A stretch of DNA of 64,000 bases from an uncultured Acidobacteriota bacterium (GCA_963713825.1 CAVQNG010000001.1:224001-288000), one strand, 5' to 3'. Numbered from the stretch's first letter, positions 20,762 to 30,727 are shown. Notes: generated from the letters alone by a model not told the origin. Made by a program: numbers and translations.

Positions 20762-21444
20762 TAAGGTCGTATGGCCGCGGGCTTGGCTGCCGGGGCCTGT
20801 AGGTAGAGTGGCTGAACGAGTCCGGCAGGGCTCCATTCAGCACTGTGCCTTCTTGCGTGGAGGCTCAAGGCATGCGCCGCGAGTGGGGGAGGTGTCAGGA
20901 CCTGGTCTCGGAACTCCGGCCGCTCCGGAGCCGTGATTTCTCGTAGGCCAAAGCCGATGAAAAGGTCCGCCCCTGCTGCTACCAGTTCTTCGGTGGAGAC
21001 CGATCGCGGTTCGGTGAGCGGTTCAGGGACCACACCCGACCGAAAGGTCTGGACGAGCCAGCTCTCGCGGATCGACTCGACCGCAGAAATTACGACCTGA
21101 TTCCTCTCTTGAGAGAGGGAAGCGAGAGTCTCGAAGGTGGTCAAAGTCGTGGCTGGAACGCCCAAAGCTTGATGAAGACCGAGGCAAGTCGCGAGCCCAA
21201 CCCGCAGTCCGGTGAAGCTGCCTGGGCCTCTCAGGGCCAGGATCCCTTCCAAGTCGGAGACCCTGGAGGCGGCTTCGGCTAGCAAAGCGTCGATCATCTG
21301 AATCAGATCTTGTGAGGACTTTCGCCCCGGGCTCTGGCTCTCGGCGAGGATCTTTCCATCTCTGGCTAAGGCAGCGCTGACGATGGGTGATCCAGAGTCC
21401 ACCGCCAGTATGAGTCGGGTGTCGACCTCGGTCCTGTTCAGCAT
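20761..21444 (-). CDS. tsaB: tRNA threonylcarbamoyladenosine biosynthesis protein TsaB
   Basis: ILAVDS, GPGSFTGLRVG and C-terminal PLYL. Adjacent to rimI. Confidence 0.9.
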   Translation of the reverse strand: MLNRTEVDTRLILAVDSGSPIVSAALARDGKILAESQSPGRKSSQDLIQMIDALLAEAASRVSDLEGILALRGPGSFTGLRVGLATCLGLHQALGVPATTLTTFETLASLSQERNQVVISAVESIRESWLVQTFRSGVVPEPLTEPRSVSTEELVAAGADLFIGFGLREITAPERPEFRDQVLTPPPLAAHALSLHARRHSAEWSPAGLVQPLYLQAPAAKPAAIRP

Positions 21445-21452
21445 CACGACTC

Positions 21453-21460
21453 GCTATACT
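21453..21460. promoter_or_regulatory. Overlapping -10 elements (TATACT on +, TATAGC on -) between divergent tsaB and mutS
   Basis: Each hexamer lies 8 nt from its ATG and neither gene has an SD. Confidence 0.55.
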
Positions 21461-21468
21461 GACCCATC

Positions 21469-24081
21469 ATGTCGAGCTCCGTCCAGCTCACGCCCATGCT
21501 TCGCCAATACCTCGAAGTCAAGGCAGAGCACGAAGACGCCATCGTGCTTTATCGCATGGGCGACTTCTACGAGATGTTCTTCGAGGATGCCGAGAAGGCG
21601 GCGCCTATTCTGGAAGTCACGCTTACGGCTCGAAATCGGGGTAAGAAGAACGAGGCCCCGATGTGCGGCGTGCCCCATCATGCAGTTCAGCTGTATCTAG
21701 GGAAGTTGCTGCGAGCCGGTTTGAAAGTGGCTATCTGTGATCAGGTGGAGGACCCAGCCCAGGCCAAGGGACTCGTCAAGCGCCAGGTAACACGGGTGAT
21801 CACTCCCGGGACGGTCAGCGATCCAGAGTTGCTCGACGGCGAGGAGGCTAACTACCTGGCGAGCGTGGCGTGGAACGAAGATCGCGGCGGCGGAGCGTTT
21901 CTGGATATCTCGACAGGCAGCTTTCTGGTGCGTCGGTGGACGAGACTGGAGGACTCCCTTGATGATCTGGCCCTACTTCGGCCGCAGGAGATCCTGCATC
22001 GAAACTCGGGTCTACCGCAGGGGCTGATTGATTGGATGGATGCGGAGGGCATCTGTCGGACGCCTGAGTCGGAGGAGGACTGGCCGCGTCCCGCACAGGC
22101 TGCGGAGTTGGTTTGCAGACAGGTAGGGACGTCCACCCTGCAGGGATATGGGTTGGACGATGACGAGCCTGCCGTCCAGGCTGCTGCAGCTGCTCTGCGC
22201 TACGCGAGAGAGACCCAGCAGAACGATCTTTCGCATGTGAGCGAGCTGCGGGTCAGCGAGGTGGCTGACAACCTGGTTCTGGATGCGACGACGGTGAGCA
22301 ATCTGGAGATCTTTCGCAACCTGAGGGACGGCCGCCGTCACGGCTCTCTGCTCGGTGTCCTAGATCGGACCGTGACTCCGGCGGGTGGACGCTTGCTGCG
22401 TGAGTGGCTGAAACGCCCTCTGAGAGATCCGGCGAGCATCGACGAAAGGTTGGAGGCGGTCGCCGAGCTGCTGCATGAATTCGAGCTTCGTTCCGAGGTG
22501 AGAGATCTTCTGGCCCAGGTCGGGGATATCGAACGCCTTGCATCGAGAGCAGTACTCGAAACCCTGACACCACGCGAGGCTGCGACCCTGCGATCGGGCC
22601 TCGAGCGCTTGCCTGCGATCGTCGAGCTTCTTTCGGCTGTGCAATCTCCTGCCCTGCAAGAGGTCCATGGGACCGATGTCGTCGCAGACCTGGCTGCTGA
22701 GCTGGGTCGCTTGATCGAGGAGAATCCCCCCGCCTCCCTGAAGGAAGGAGGGGTGATCAAGACTGGTGTGGATGAGGACTTGGACCGTCATCGATCGCTG
22801 GCTCAGGACAGTCGACAGCACATCCTGGCCTTGCAAGAGGCTGAGCGATCGAGGACAGGGATCGCCTCGCTGAAGATCCGCTACAACAAGGTCTTCGGCT
22901 ACTACCTCGAGGTGACGAAGGCCAATCAACACCTGGTTCCCGAGGACTACATCCGGAAGCAGACCCTGGTCAATGCCGAGCGTTACGTGACTGCAGAGCT
23001 GAAGGACCTCGAGGAGAAGATCCTGGCCGCCGAAGAGGAGCAGCTCCGCTTAGAGGACGAGCACTTCAGACAGGCGCGGAGCATGGTAGCCGCGCAGTCA
23101 GTCCGCCTTCTGACCGCAGCGGAGGCGGTAGCCAGGCTCGATGTGCTGGCGACATTCGCGGAATGTGCGGCCAGGAACCGATACACGCGGCCCGGGGTGA
23201 GCGAATCCGGTGGTGCCATTCGGATCATCGAAGGAAGGCATCCAGTGGTCGAAAAGCTCGGGGACGAGGTGTTCGTCCCGAACGATACCGAGCTCGATAG
23301 TGAGACGGAGCAGGTCGTGATTCTCACCGGGCCCAACATGGGCGGCAAATCCACTTACCTACGTCAGACCGCTCTGATTGTGCTGATGGCGCAGGCCGGC
23401 AGCTTCGTGCCCGCCGAGTCGGCCTCGATCAGTACCGTCGACCGGATCTTCACCCGGGTGGGAGCTTCGGACGATCTGACCCGCGGCGAATCCACCTTCA
23501 TGGTGGAGATGATCGAGACTGCGAGGATTCTTCATCAGGCCACGGCCAGCAGTTTGGTGATCCTCGATGAGGTCGGGAGGGGAACCGCAACCTTCGATGG
23601 GCTCTCCCTGGCGTGGGCGATAGTCGAGCATCTACACGAGCACAGCCGACCGAAAACGATATTCGCAACGCACTACCACGAGCTTACGGAGCTCGCCACG
23701 ATCCTCTCCAGGGTTGTCAATCGCACCATGGCCGTGAGGGAGTGGCAGGACAAGATCGTCTTCCTTCGACGGGTCAAGCCCGGCAGCTCGGACAAGTCGT
23801 ATGGCCTTCACGTGGCCAGGCTGGCGGGAATCCCCAGCTCCGTTATCGAGCGCGCTTCTCAGGTTCTTCAGAATCTGGAGGCTCACGAGTACGACCTGAG
23901 CGGCAAGCCACGTCTGGCCAAGGGAGTCGAAGCCGGGGAGGGGCAAGCGGACCAGATGATGCTGTTCGCGCCCGCCGAAGAGGTCGTCGCCTCGGTCCTG
24001 AGGGAGGTCGACCTCGAGCGGCTCTCGCCTCTTGCAGCGCTCAATCTACTGCACTCTTTGAAAGACAGAGTGGATGAATGA
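21469..24081 (+). CDS. mutS: DNA mismatch repair protein MutS
   Basis: TPMLRQY, GDFYEMF, TGPNMGGKST, STFMVEM, DEVGRGT and SYG. Confidence 0.98.
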   Translation: MSSSVQLTPMLRQYLEVKAEHEDAIVLYRMGDFYEMFFEDAEKAAPILEVTLTARNRGKKNEAPMCGVPHHAVQLYLGKLLRAGLKVAICDQVEDPAQAKGLVKRQVTRVITPGTVSDPELLDGEEANYLASVAWNEDRGGGAFLDISTGSFLVRRWTRLEDSLDDLALLRPQEILHRNSGLPQGLIDWMDAEGICRTPESEEDWPRPAQAAELVCRQVGTSTLQGYGLDDDEPAVQAAAAALRYARETQQNDLSHVSELRVSEVADNLVLDATTVSNLEIFRNLRDGRRHGSLLGVLDRTVTPAGGRLLREWLKRPLRDPASIDERLEAVAELLHEFELRSEVRDLLAQVGDIERLASRAVLETLTPREAATLRSGLERLPAIVELLSAVQSPALQEVHGTDVVADLAAELGRLIEENPPASLKEGGVIKTGVDEDLDRHRSLAQDSRQHILALQEAERSRTGIASLKIRYNKVFGYYLEVTKANQHLVPEDYIRKQTLVNAERYVTAELKDLEEKILAAEEEQLRLEDEHFRQARSMVAAQSVRLLTAAEAVARLDVLATFAECAARNRYTRPGVSESGGAIRIIEGRHPVVEKLGDEVFVPNDTELDSETEQVVILTGPNMGGKSTYLRQTALIVLMAQAGSFVPAESASISTVDRIFTRVGASDDLTRGESTFMVEMIETARILHQATASSLVILDEVGRGTATFDGLSLAWAIVEHLHEHSRPKTIFATHYHELTELATILSRVVNRTMAVREWQDKIVFLRRVKPGSSDKSYGLHVARLAGIPSSVIERASQVLQNLEAHEYDLSGKPRLAKGVEAGEGQADQMMLFAPAEEVVASVLREVDLERLSPLAALNLLHSLKDRVDE

Positions 24082-24085
24082 GTCT

Positions 24086-24508
24086 TCAGAACGGGATGTC
24101 GTCGTCTTCCGGCTGGGCCTGGAAGTCAGCTGGTGGACCCGAGCTCGAAGAGGCACCTTGAGAGCCTCCATCGGACCCACCACGGGCTCCCAGCATCTGG
24201 AAGTTCTGACAGATGACCTCGGTACGGTACTTCTTCTCGCCGCTCTGCTTGTCGTCCCATGAGCGGGTCTGAAGGCGCCCTTCGACATAGATCTGCTTTC
24301 CCTTTGTGAGGTACTGGCCAGCGATTTCGGCCTGCCGACCCCAACAAACGACGTTGTGCCACTCGGTCTCTTCCTGCCGATTGCCACTTTGGTCCTTCCA
24401 TTTGCGATTGGTGGCGAGGCTGAAGGTGGCCACGGGCTGGCCCGAAGGCGTGGACCGAACCTCCGGATCGCGGCCAAGGTTTCCTACCAGGATGACTTTG
24501 TTGACCAT
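24086..24508 (-). CDS. ssb: Single-stranded DNA-binding protein
   Basis: NKVILVGNLGRDPE, TEWH and C-terminal DDDIPF. Confidence 0.98.
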   Translation of the reverse strand: MVNKVILVGNLGRDPEVRSTPSGQPVATFSLATNRKWKDQSGNRQEETEWHNVVCWGRQAEIAGQYLTKGKQIYVEGRLQTRSWDDKQSGEKKYRTEVICQNFQMLGARGGSDGGSQGASSSSGPPADFQAQPEDDDIPF

Positions 24509-24539
24509 TCGCTTGTCTCTCCTTGTCTCGGTTGAGGTC

Positions 24540-24552
24540 CGCTATCATAGCG
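24540..24552. promoter_or_regulatory. Palindrome CGCTATCATAGCG forming a candidate bidirectional -10 element for ssb and dtd
   Basis: TATCAT on + (24543-24548) and TATGAT on - (24544-24549). Confidence 0.5.
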
Positions 24553-24636
24553 CTTTCGTCACTGCGATTTCCGATCGAAGTGAGATTCACTCCGACAGTA
24601 CTCGAAGCTACGACCCATTCCCATGAGACGTGATCG

Positions 24637-25092
24637 ATGCGCCTGATCTTGCAACGTGTGAGCTCGGCCTCTGTAGCGGTCGAAGGCGAGACCGTCTCCC
24701 GCATCGGGGCTGGGATGGTAATTCTGGTGGGAATTGAGAGGGGGGACGGCCCGTCTCAGGTCGCCAAAGCCGCCGCAAAGGTGCGTCACTTGAGAATCTT
24801 CGAGGATGCCGACGGGCGGATGAATCGAGACATAAAGGAGAGCGGGGGTTCGCTTCTGGTCGTCTCTCAGTTCACCCTCGCAGGGAGCCTGGCCAAGGGT
24901 AGACGTCCCTCTTTTGGCTCAGCGGCGGCGCCGGAGGAGGCCGAGCCTCTGATTCAGGAGCTCGTCGACCATCTCCGCCTGCTCGGTGTTGCCGTGCAGA
25001 CGGGCCGATTTCGCGCCGAGATGGAAGTCGCCCTGGTCAATACGGGGCCAGTGACCTTTCTCCTGGAGTTCGAGCCAGCGAAGGCCGGTTGA
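24637..25092 (+). CDS. dtd: D-aminoacyl-tRNA deacylase
   Basis: MRLILQRV, SQFTL, KGRRPSF and N.GPVT. Confidence 0.95.
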   Translation: MRLILQRVSSASVAVEGETVSRIGAGMVILVGIERGDGPSQVAKAAAKVRHLRIFEDADGRMNRDIKESGGSLLVVSQFTLAGSLAKGRRPSFGSAAAPEEAEPLIQELVDHLRLLGVAVQTGRFRAEMEVALVNTGPVTFLLEFEPAKAG

Positions 25093-25103
25093 TCGGATGT
25101 GAA

Positions 25104-25127
25104 AGCTCCCGTGGCGGGTGGGGAGCT
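25104..25127. terminator. GC hairpin between convergent dtd and site-2 protease genes
   Basis: AGCTCCC...GGGAGCT inverted repeat with no strong U-tract. Confidence 0.4.
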
Positions 25128-26224
25128 CAGGGAAGTATCGGTAGGAGCTCGAGTGGCACCGGCATGAAGGTCAGCAAGAAGATGACCAGGCTGATTGTAG
25201 CCAGGGTTCGCCGCCGGCGATCGAGGCCGAGCCTACCGTCGAGGACAGGTGGGTGACGAGGACGCATGATGAGAAGGACGATGCTCCAGAGCCACCAACC
25301 AGGCCAGAGAAAGCCCATCAGGGCCAGCAGACCCAGTAGCCACCACGAAAGCGAGCGAAGTCGTCGCCCGAAGGCCGCGTAGAAGATGTGACCTCCGTCC
25401 AGTTGACCGACGGGAATCAAGTTCAGGGAGGTGACGAAGGTCCCGACCCAAGCTGCGAGCGCGAAGGGGTGAAGGTTGAGGACCGAGTTGGCGGGCAAGG
25501 GGCCGTGGAAGAGATAGGTCGTCGCCGCCATCAGAATTGAAGTTCCCGGCTTCAACAGCAGCAAGCTACCGGGAAGATCCCAATCGACCTCTACAATCGA
25601 CACCGGTTGAGAGTTCGCTATGCCATAGAGCAAGAAGGGTAGTAGGACCAGAAAGCCTGCGATCGGTCCTGCAGCGCCGACATCGAAGAGCTCCCTCCGG
25701 GTTCGGATCGGTGCTCGAATGCGAATAAAGGCGCCGAAAGTTCCGATCAGCAAGGGAGCGGGAATGAAGTAGGGGTAGGTGCTCGAAAGGTGGTGTCTCC
25801 GGCACGCGATGTAGTGACCCAATTCGTGGGAGAGGAGAATCGCCAGAGTCGGTAGCGAGAACGCCAATCCGAGTCGCAACAACGGGCCGTCGGACCAGAC
25901 GGTGCGAAAGATGTAGCCGGTAAGGGCGAGAAACTGTTGTAATTGCCCCAGGAAGATCCACTCGACGGCAGGCACCAGGTCAGTGACGACATCCGTTCTC
26001 GTGGAGAGGCAGAAGCCTGCCCCAAAGGTGGTTGTCGTAGCCAGGGTTGCCAGGAAGAGCCCCCCTGCAAGAAGAAGCTGTGAAGGGCTATCGATCTGGC
26101 CGGTGCTGGTGGCCTTGGCCTGATCGTCTCCATTCGCCGAGCCGGACCCTTGGCTCCGATTTGCCTCGGGAGGGCCGTCTGACGATGGATCGGGCGGTGG
26201 GTAGGAAGAGCGCCCCGGCCTCAC
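25127..26224 (-). CDS. Site-2 protease (M50 family)
   Basis: HELGH, GTFGAFI, AGPIAG and NLIPVGQLDGGH. Confidence 0.92.
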   Translation of the reverse strand: MRPGRSSYPPPDPSSDGPPEANRSQGSGSANGDDQAKATSTGQIDSPSQLLLAGGLFLATLATTTTFGAGFCLSTRTDVVTDLVPAVEWIFLGQLQQFLALTGYIFRTVWSDGPLLRLGLAFSLPTLAILLSHELGHYIACRRHHLSSTYPYFIPAPLLIGTFGAFIRIRAPIRTRRELFDVGAAGPIAGFLVLLPFLLYGIANSQPVSIVEVDWDLPGSLLLLKPGTSILMAATTYLFHGPLPANSVLNLHPFALAAWVGTFVTSLNLIPVGQLDGGHIFYAAFGRRLRSLSWWLLGLLALMGFLWPGWWLWSIVLLIMRPRHPPVLDGRLGLDRRRRTLATISLVIFLLTFMPVPLELLPILP

Positions 26225-26226
26225 GT

Positions 26227-26493
26227 TCAGAGGTTCTTCAACTCTTTGCCAGGTTTGAAACGAACGGTCTTGCCAGGTGAGATGGCGACTTCAACTCCGG
26301 TCTTGGGGTTGCGTCCGACGCCCCGCTTCCGGTCTCGCACCTGAAACACTCCGAAGCCGCGAAACTCGATTCGTTTTCCCTCGCTGAGGGCGTGTTTCAT
26401 GGCCTCGAAGATCGTCTCGACTGCGAGAGCAGCTTTGACTCTCGGGACATCCGAGTTTTCGGCGACGCGGTTTACGAGATCGGCTTTGATCAT
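26227..26493 (-). CDS. HU/IHF-family DNA-binding protein
   Basis: MIKADLV, IEFRGFGVF, GRNPKTG and FKPGKEL. Start re-placed at ATG 26493. Confidence 0.93.
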   Translation of the reverse strand: MIKADLVNRVAENSDVPRVKAALAVETIFEAMKHALSEGKRIEFRGFGVFQVRDRKRGVGRNPKTGVEVAISPGKTVRFKPGKELKNL

Positions 26494-26572
26494 GTCGGTC
26501 GTTTGGGGCGTCAGAGTGTAGCAATGGCCAAAAAAGGTGTCAACGACACTGGGCACAGGGTTCTCGAATCGC

Positions 26573-27856
26573 TCATTTTCGCTCCGATGCCTGGCGAAGT
26601 CGGGCTTGTTTTTGCTCCAGAATGCACCGTTCGAAGGCCTGACTCGCCACCGTGGTGAGGTGGCGAATCAATTCCAGATCCAGCGCCTGGAGACCGAGGG
26701 GACCACGATCACCATAAATCATGCTGACCAGGTGGTCCTGGATGCGCAGGGGGAAGACGGCACATTCGTCAGCCAGATCCTTGCTCCAGCAAGCCGCCAA
26801 CTCCAGATGAGGCGACATCTCGGGGAGCTTGCCAATGAAGAAGCTGCCACCTTCGCGCAGATTGAGGAAGATCGACGGTTCATTGAAGGGGACCCTGAAT
26901 CTGCCGAGTCTCTCCCGGTCGAGTCCAGGTCCATGCCCGAGCCAGCCGCAAACCGCACCCTGGCGAACCTGAAAGACGAGCACACGGACGAAGAACTGCG
27001 CCAGGTAGTCGATGAGAATCTGTCCGACCTCCTCTGGATGTCGGGTCGCCGCGAGTCGAGCCTCTACGTCGCCGAACTCGATCACTCCTTCGGAGCTCTG
27101 ATCGCGAGTGTAGAGGAACGGTGAGATATTGCTCCCGGGCTCTTCGAGGGCCGCCTCGGTACCGAGATTGGCGAGTTCCTGGTCGGACAGCGGAATGCTG
27201 TGGGGACTGGATTCCTTGGTAGTCTTCTGAGATTCCGCCGCCTCGGTTTCGATCTCAGTCCCGTCGAGGTCGGGCGGCACCTGTCGGATCGGAACGACTT
27301 GGGAAGTTGGGCCATTCAGATCGTCTAAGTGGACGAGTCTGGACTCGGGGTGCACTCCAGAGGAAACCTCTGGAGGCCGCTGGCGCTGCTGGTCGAGCAG
27401 ATTCTCCAGCTTGGCGAAACGCTCGGACAGCGGCGCGTTGTAGTACTGAGCCAAGGCGGCCACGAGCCGGACCTGGCTCGCGATGTGGACCTTGAGCCGC
27501 CGCCCGATAATGAAGGACAGTTCGTCCTGGAGCCAGAGGTTGTCGACCTCTAGCATCGCGATTTCGACGCGAGGACCCGAAAATCGAAAAGGAATGGCCT
27601 CGTAACGGATGGCGATCCTGGCGGGAAGTAGCTGTAGGAGCTCGTCAGGGATGTCGCGCAGGTCCTCGGCCGTGGCGACGGACACGCCTTGCTGTTCGGC
27701 CAGGATACGGTCGAGAAGACCCTCCGAGATGGCACCCATTTCGAGGAGGCACGAGCCCAGCCTGCCGCCGATCTCCCGCTGCTTGGAGATCGCCAGTCCA
27801 AGCTGCTGTTTGGTGATCCAGCCGTTTTGGAGTAGCAGGGTTCCGAGTGATTGCAT
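26573..27856 (-). CDS. MshEN/T2SSE_N-domain protein with C-terminal GAF-like region and no ATPase
   Basis: (S)LGTLLLQNGWI..QL..AI..Q...GGRLGSCLLEMG tandem motif. No Walker A motif. Confidence 0.8.
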   Translation of the reverse strand: MQSLGTLLLQNGWITKQQLGLAISKQREIGGRLGSCLLEMGAISEGLLDRILAEQQGVSVATAEDLRDIPDELLQLLPARIAIRYEAIPFRFSGPRVEIAMLEVDNLWLQDELSFIIGRRLKVHIASQVRLVAALAQYYNAPLSERFAKLENLLDQQRQRPPEVSSGVHPESRLVHLDDLNGPTSQVVPIRQVPPDLDGTEIETEAAESQKTTKESSPHSIPLSDQELANLGTEAALEEPGSNISPFLYTRDQSSEGVIEFGDVEARLAATRHPEEVGQILIDYLAQFFVRVLVFQVRQGAVCGWLGHGPGLDRERLGRFRVPFNEPSIFLNLREGGSFFIGKLPEMSPHLELAACWSKDLADECAVFPLRIQDHLVSMIYGDRGPLGLQALDLELIRHLTTVASQAFERCILEQKQARLRQASERK

Positions 27857-27991
27857 ACCCAAGGATTCGGTCTCCAGCCCGGAGGCTAGCGTCTAAGTTG
27901 TTGGTATGTGGCTACTTAGACGATTCAAGCGGATTATAGGTGGGGCACGGTTGCTTGTAAAGGCAGCGCAGCGGTTGCTATCCTTCCGGCC

Positions 27992-29884
27992 GTGAAAGCG
28001 CGATGGTTGTACCTGTTGGCCGCACTCCTGTTGCCGTCCTGGGCTGCTGGGGAGCATGTAGACGAGACCGGCTCCTACCATCTTCTGGTAGCACAACTAC
28101 TAACAGAGGAGGGCGACTACCGCGGCGCGCTCGACAGCTTCGAGGCAGCCATCGCCTTGGCTCCGAGCGACGTCTATGCACGGCTCGAGTACGGTCGATT
28201 GCTGCTGCGCCTCGGCAGATCCCAGGAAGCAGTCGCTCAGGCCACAGTAGCCAGGGAGGTGGCGCCTGAGCTCGATGACGTCTTGCTGTTCTATGCAGAA
28301 GCGCAAATGAGATTGGCCCAGGAGGATCCATCCGCGCTGGAGAAGGCGAGGCAGGCTCTAGAAGAGATTCGCGCCCGCCAGCCAGGCAACATCGAGGCGA
28401 TGGTAACGCTTGGACAGATCTACCTCGGTGAGTCGAGGCCAGATGAAGCAGCGGCGGTGTTCAAGGACCTCCTCAGCCGACGAGCCGGGAACCGGATGGT
28501 GTTCTCGCTCCTGATCGATTCCCTGGTGCGCGCCGGGAAACCGGAGCAGGCGGAGCAGGCGATGCAGGACGCCTTGGATGTCGACACCGGATTCACGAGG
28601 GCTCGCTTGAGCTTGGCTCAAGCACAGAGCGAGCGCGGCGACCATGCCGGTGCGGTCAGGACGCTGGAAGGGGGACCGAAGGAGGTTCTGGCCGACCCCG
28701 AGGTGCGACGGCGCCTCGCATTTGAGCTTCATCAATCGGGTCAGTACTCCCGTGCCCTCCAACTCATCGAGGAGATGCTGGAGGAGGATCCGGGCTACTA
28801 CCCAAATCGCTATCTGAGGGCCCTCAGCCTGGCCGCCCTGGGCAGAGAAGAGGAGGCGATTGTCGTCACGCGCGACCTAATCAAGAGTCACCCGATGAAT
28901 CTGGATCTCGGGATTCTCTTGGCTCGGCTCCTGGAAAGCCGCCAGGAGCCGGAAGACGCAGAGGAGACGCTCAAAGCGATCGAAAGGCGTCTGCGCTCGG
29001 CTGGGCAGATCGAGGATGCGAATCAAGCCCGAATTCAGCGCGGACTGTTGCTCATGCGGCAGGCCCAGTGGGACAAGGTCGTGGGGCTGTTCGAACCGCT
29101 CATCGGTCAGGAGATTCCGTTGGGCGATGTAGACATGGCGATGATCCTGGTGGAAGCCCTCGTTAGAGCTGATCGACACGGCGAGGCTCTGGAGGTGTTG
29201 TCACGCTTCGAGCCGAATTCGTTGGCACAGCGCCAGGGTTGGGCGAGGCAGGCGGATATTCTGTTGCAGTTGAATCGAGACCGCGACGCTGAGGAGGTTC
29301 TCTCCCGTCTGTCCGCCGAAGGAACCCTCGACGACTTGACGCTCATGGTCGAGGTCTACCAGTCGCATGAGCGCTACGAGGAGTCGATCCCAGTGCTGGA
29401 GCGCGCTCTCGAGCTGGAGCCTAGCTCGACCAGTTTGTTGTTCTGGCTGGCGGCCGCCAACGAGCGCTCTGGTCAGAGGCGCCAGGCAGAGGACCTGCTG
29501 CAGCAGCTCCTGACGATCGACCCGGAGTTCGCACCTGCCTTGAACTACTTGGGCTACATGTGGGCCGAAGCCGGAGAGAACCTCGAGAGGGCGTTGCTAC
29601 TGATTCAGCAGGCGGTGGAGCTCGAGCCGGGGAACGGCGCCTTCATCGACTCCTTGGGTTGGGCGCATTTTCAGCTGGGTCAGTACGAGGAGGCACAAGG
29701 ATTTCTCGAGAAGGCAGCCACACTGGTGGGGGATGACGCCGTGGTCTTCGAGCATCTGGGAGATCTCTACGTCGCTATTGGTCAGCTCGACAAGGCAAGG
29801 ACGGTCTACGAGCGGGCCATCGATCTCGAAGCTGAGAACTCAGCCGCCGTCAAGGACAAGCTGAATCGTCTGGCGAACCCGTGA
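27992..29884 (+). CDS. Exported tetratricopeptide-repeat protein
   Basis: Signal peptide, multiple TPRs, ALNYLGY..AE, DSLGW and EHLGD. Confidence 0.9.
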   Translation: MKARWLYLLAALLLPSWAAGEHVDETGSYHLLVAQLLTEEGDYRGALDSFEAAIALAPSDVYARLEYGRLLLRLGRSQEAVAQATVAREVAPELDDVLLFYAEAQMRLAQEDPSALEKARQALEEIRARQPGNIEAMVTLGQIYLGESRPDEAAAVFKDLLSRRAGNRMVFSLLIDSLVRAGKPEQAEQAMQDALDVDTGFTRARLSLAQAQSERGDHAGAVRTLEGGPKEVLADPEVRRRLAFELHQSGQYSRALQLIEEMLEEDPGYYPNRYLRALSLAALGREEEAIVVTRDLIKSHPMNLDLGILLARLLESRQEPEDAEETLKAIERRLRSAGQIEDANQARIQRGLLLMRQAQWDKVVGLFEPLIGQEIPLGDVDMAMILVEALVRADRHGEALEVLSRFEPNSLAQRQGWARQADILLQLNRDRDAEEVLSRLSAEGTLDDLTLMVEVYQSHERYEESIPVLERALELEPSSTSLLFWLAAANERSGQRRQAEDLLQQLLTIDPEFAPALNYLGYMWAEAGENLERALLLIQQAVELEPGNGAFIDSLGWAHFQLGQYEEAQGFLEKAATLVGDDAVVFEHLGDLYVAIGQLDKARTVYERAIDLEAENSAAVKDKLNRLANP

Positions 29885-29992
29885 GCTGAACGGGTCGATT
29901 CCAGACCGAACTGGAGGGCCCGAGCGACCGAACTCGAGCCGCTTTCGACGCACCGCCGGCCAGGCTCACCTCCGATGTCCGGTTCGACCCTG

Positions 29993-30727
29993 ATGAGCTA
30001 TCTCGACACTACCTCGATCCGGGCACTGGGCTTGACGGCCCTGGCTGCCGTATTCGGGCTGCACTGTGCGACGACGGTTCCAGGGCCCAAAACCGAGGCG
30101 GAGCCGGGGAAGTCGGACAGCGCCTGGACGGTGCCGGCGGAGGCCCTGGGCACGCAACGGCTCTTTCGCGTCAGGTATGAGGGGCAAGATGGGCGAGGCG
30201 GAATGAAGCTGGTCTTGCGACTCTCTTCCGAATCGACATTCGAGGTCTTGACCAGCGATGCGCTGGGGCGGCCGCTATGGAGCCTCCAGACCAGTGAGAT
30301 GGAGACACTGCTGATCGATCACCGCGCCAGAGTGTTCTGTCGGGCCTCGGAAGTTCGCCTTCCGGATCCGGTGCTCGCGGCCATGCCGTGGCAGTCGCTA
30401 CCACGAGTTCTACTGGGCTACCTACCGACCAAACCGGCGAGAATCGAGCGACGCACAACCGACGAGATCGACTTTCGCGGCGAGGACGGCAGGCGTTGGA
30501 CATCCAGGCTCGCGACCGGCCAGCCGTCTTCCTGGGTGCTATGGGAGGAAGACCGACCGGTATTGTGGTGGAGTCGACAAGGAGAGGGCGGCATGGTGTC
30601 CCATAGGCAAGGCATCCAGATCAAGTGGAGAGAGATCGTCAGCGAACCCCTACTGGATCCTGTCGCCGAGCTTCAGATTCCGTCGGGCTACCAAGTCTCT
30701 GAGTGCAATGCGAACGACCTACCGTAG
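29993..30727 (+). CDS. Putative lipoprotein, candidate LolB-like
   Basis: Hydrophobic signal ending in GLHC. Lies between the TPR gene and ispE. Confidence 0.65.
   Translation: MSYLDTTSIRALGLTALAAVFGLHCATTVPGPKTEAEPGKSDSAWTVPAEALGTQRLFRVRYEGQDGRGGMKLVLRLSSESTFEVLTSDALGRPLWSLQTSEMETLLIDHRARVFCRASEVRLPDPVLAAMPWQSLPRVLLGYLPTKPARIERRTTDEIDFRGEDGRRWTSRLATGQPSSWVLWEEDRPVLWWSRQGEGGMVSHRQGIQIKWREIVSEPLLDPVAELQIPSGYQVSECNANDLP

Noticed and set aside
29904-29937. Direct repeat GACCGAACT twice, 22 nt apart, between the TPR and lipoprotein genes
   Set aside because: It is short, occurs at one locus only, and I did not see it upstream of other genes, so it cannot be supported as an operator.
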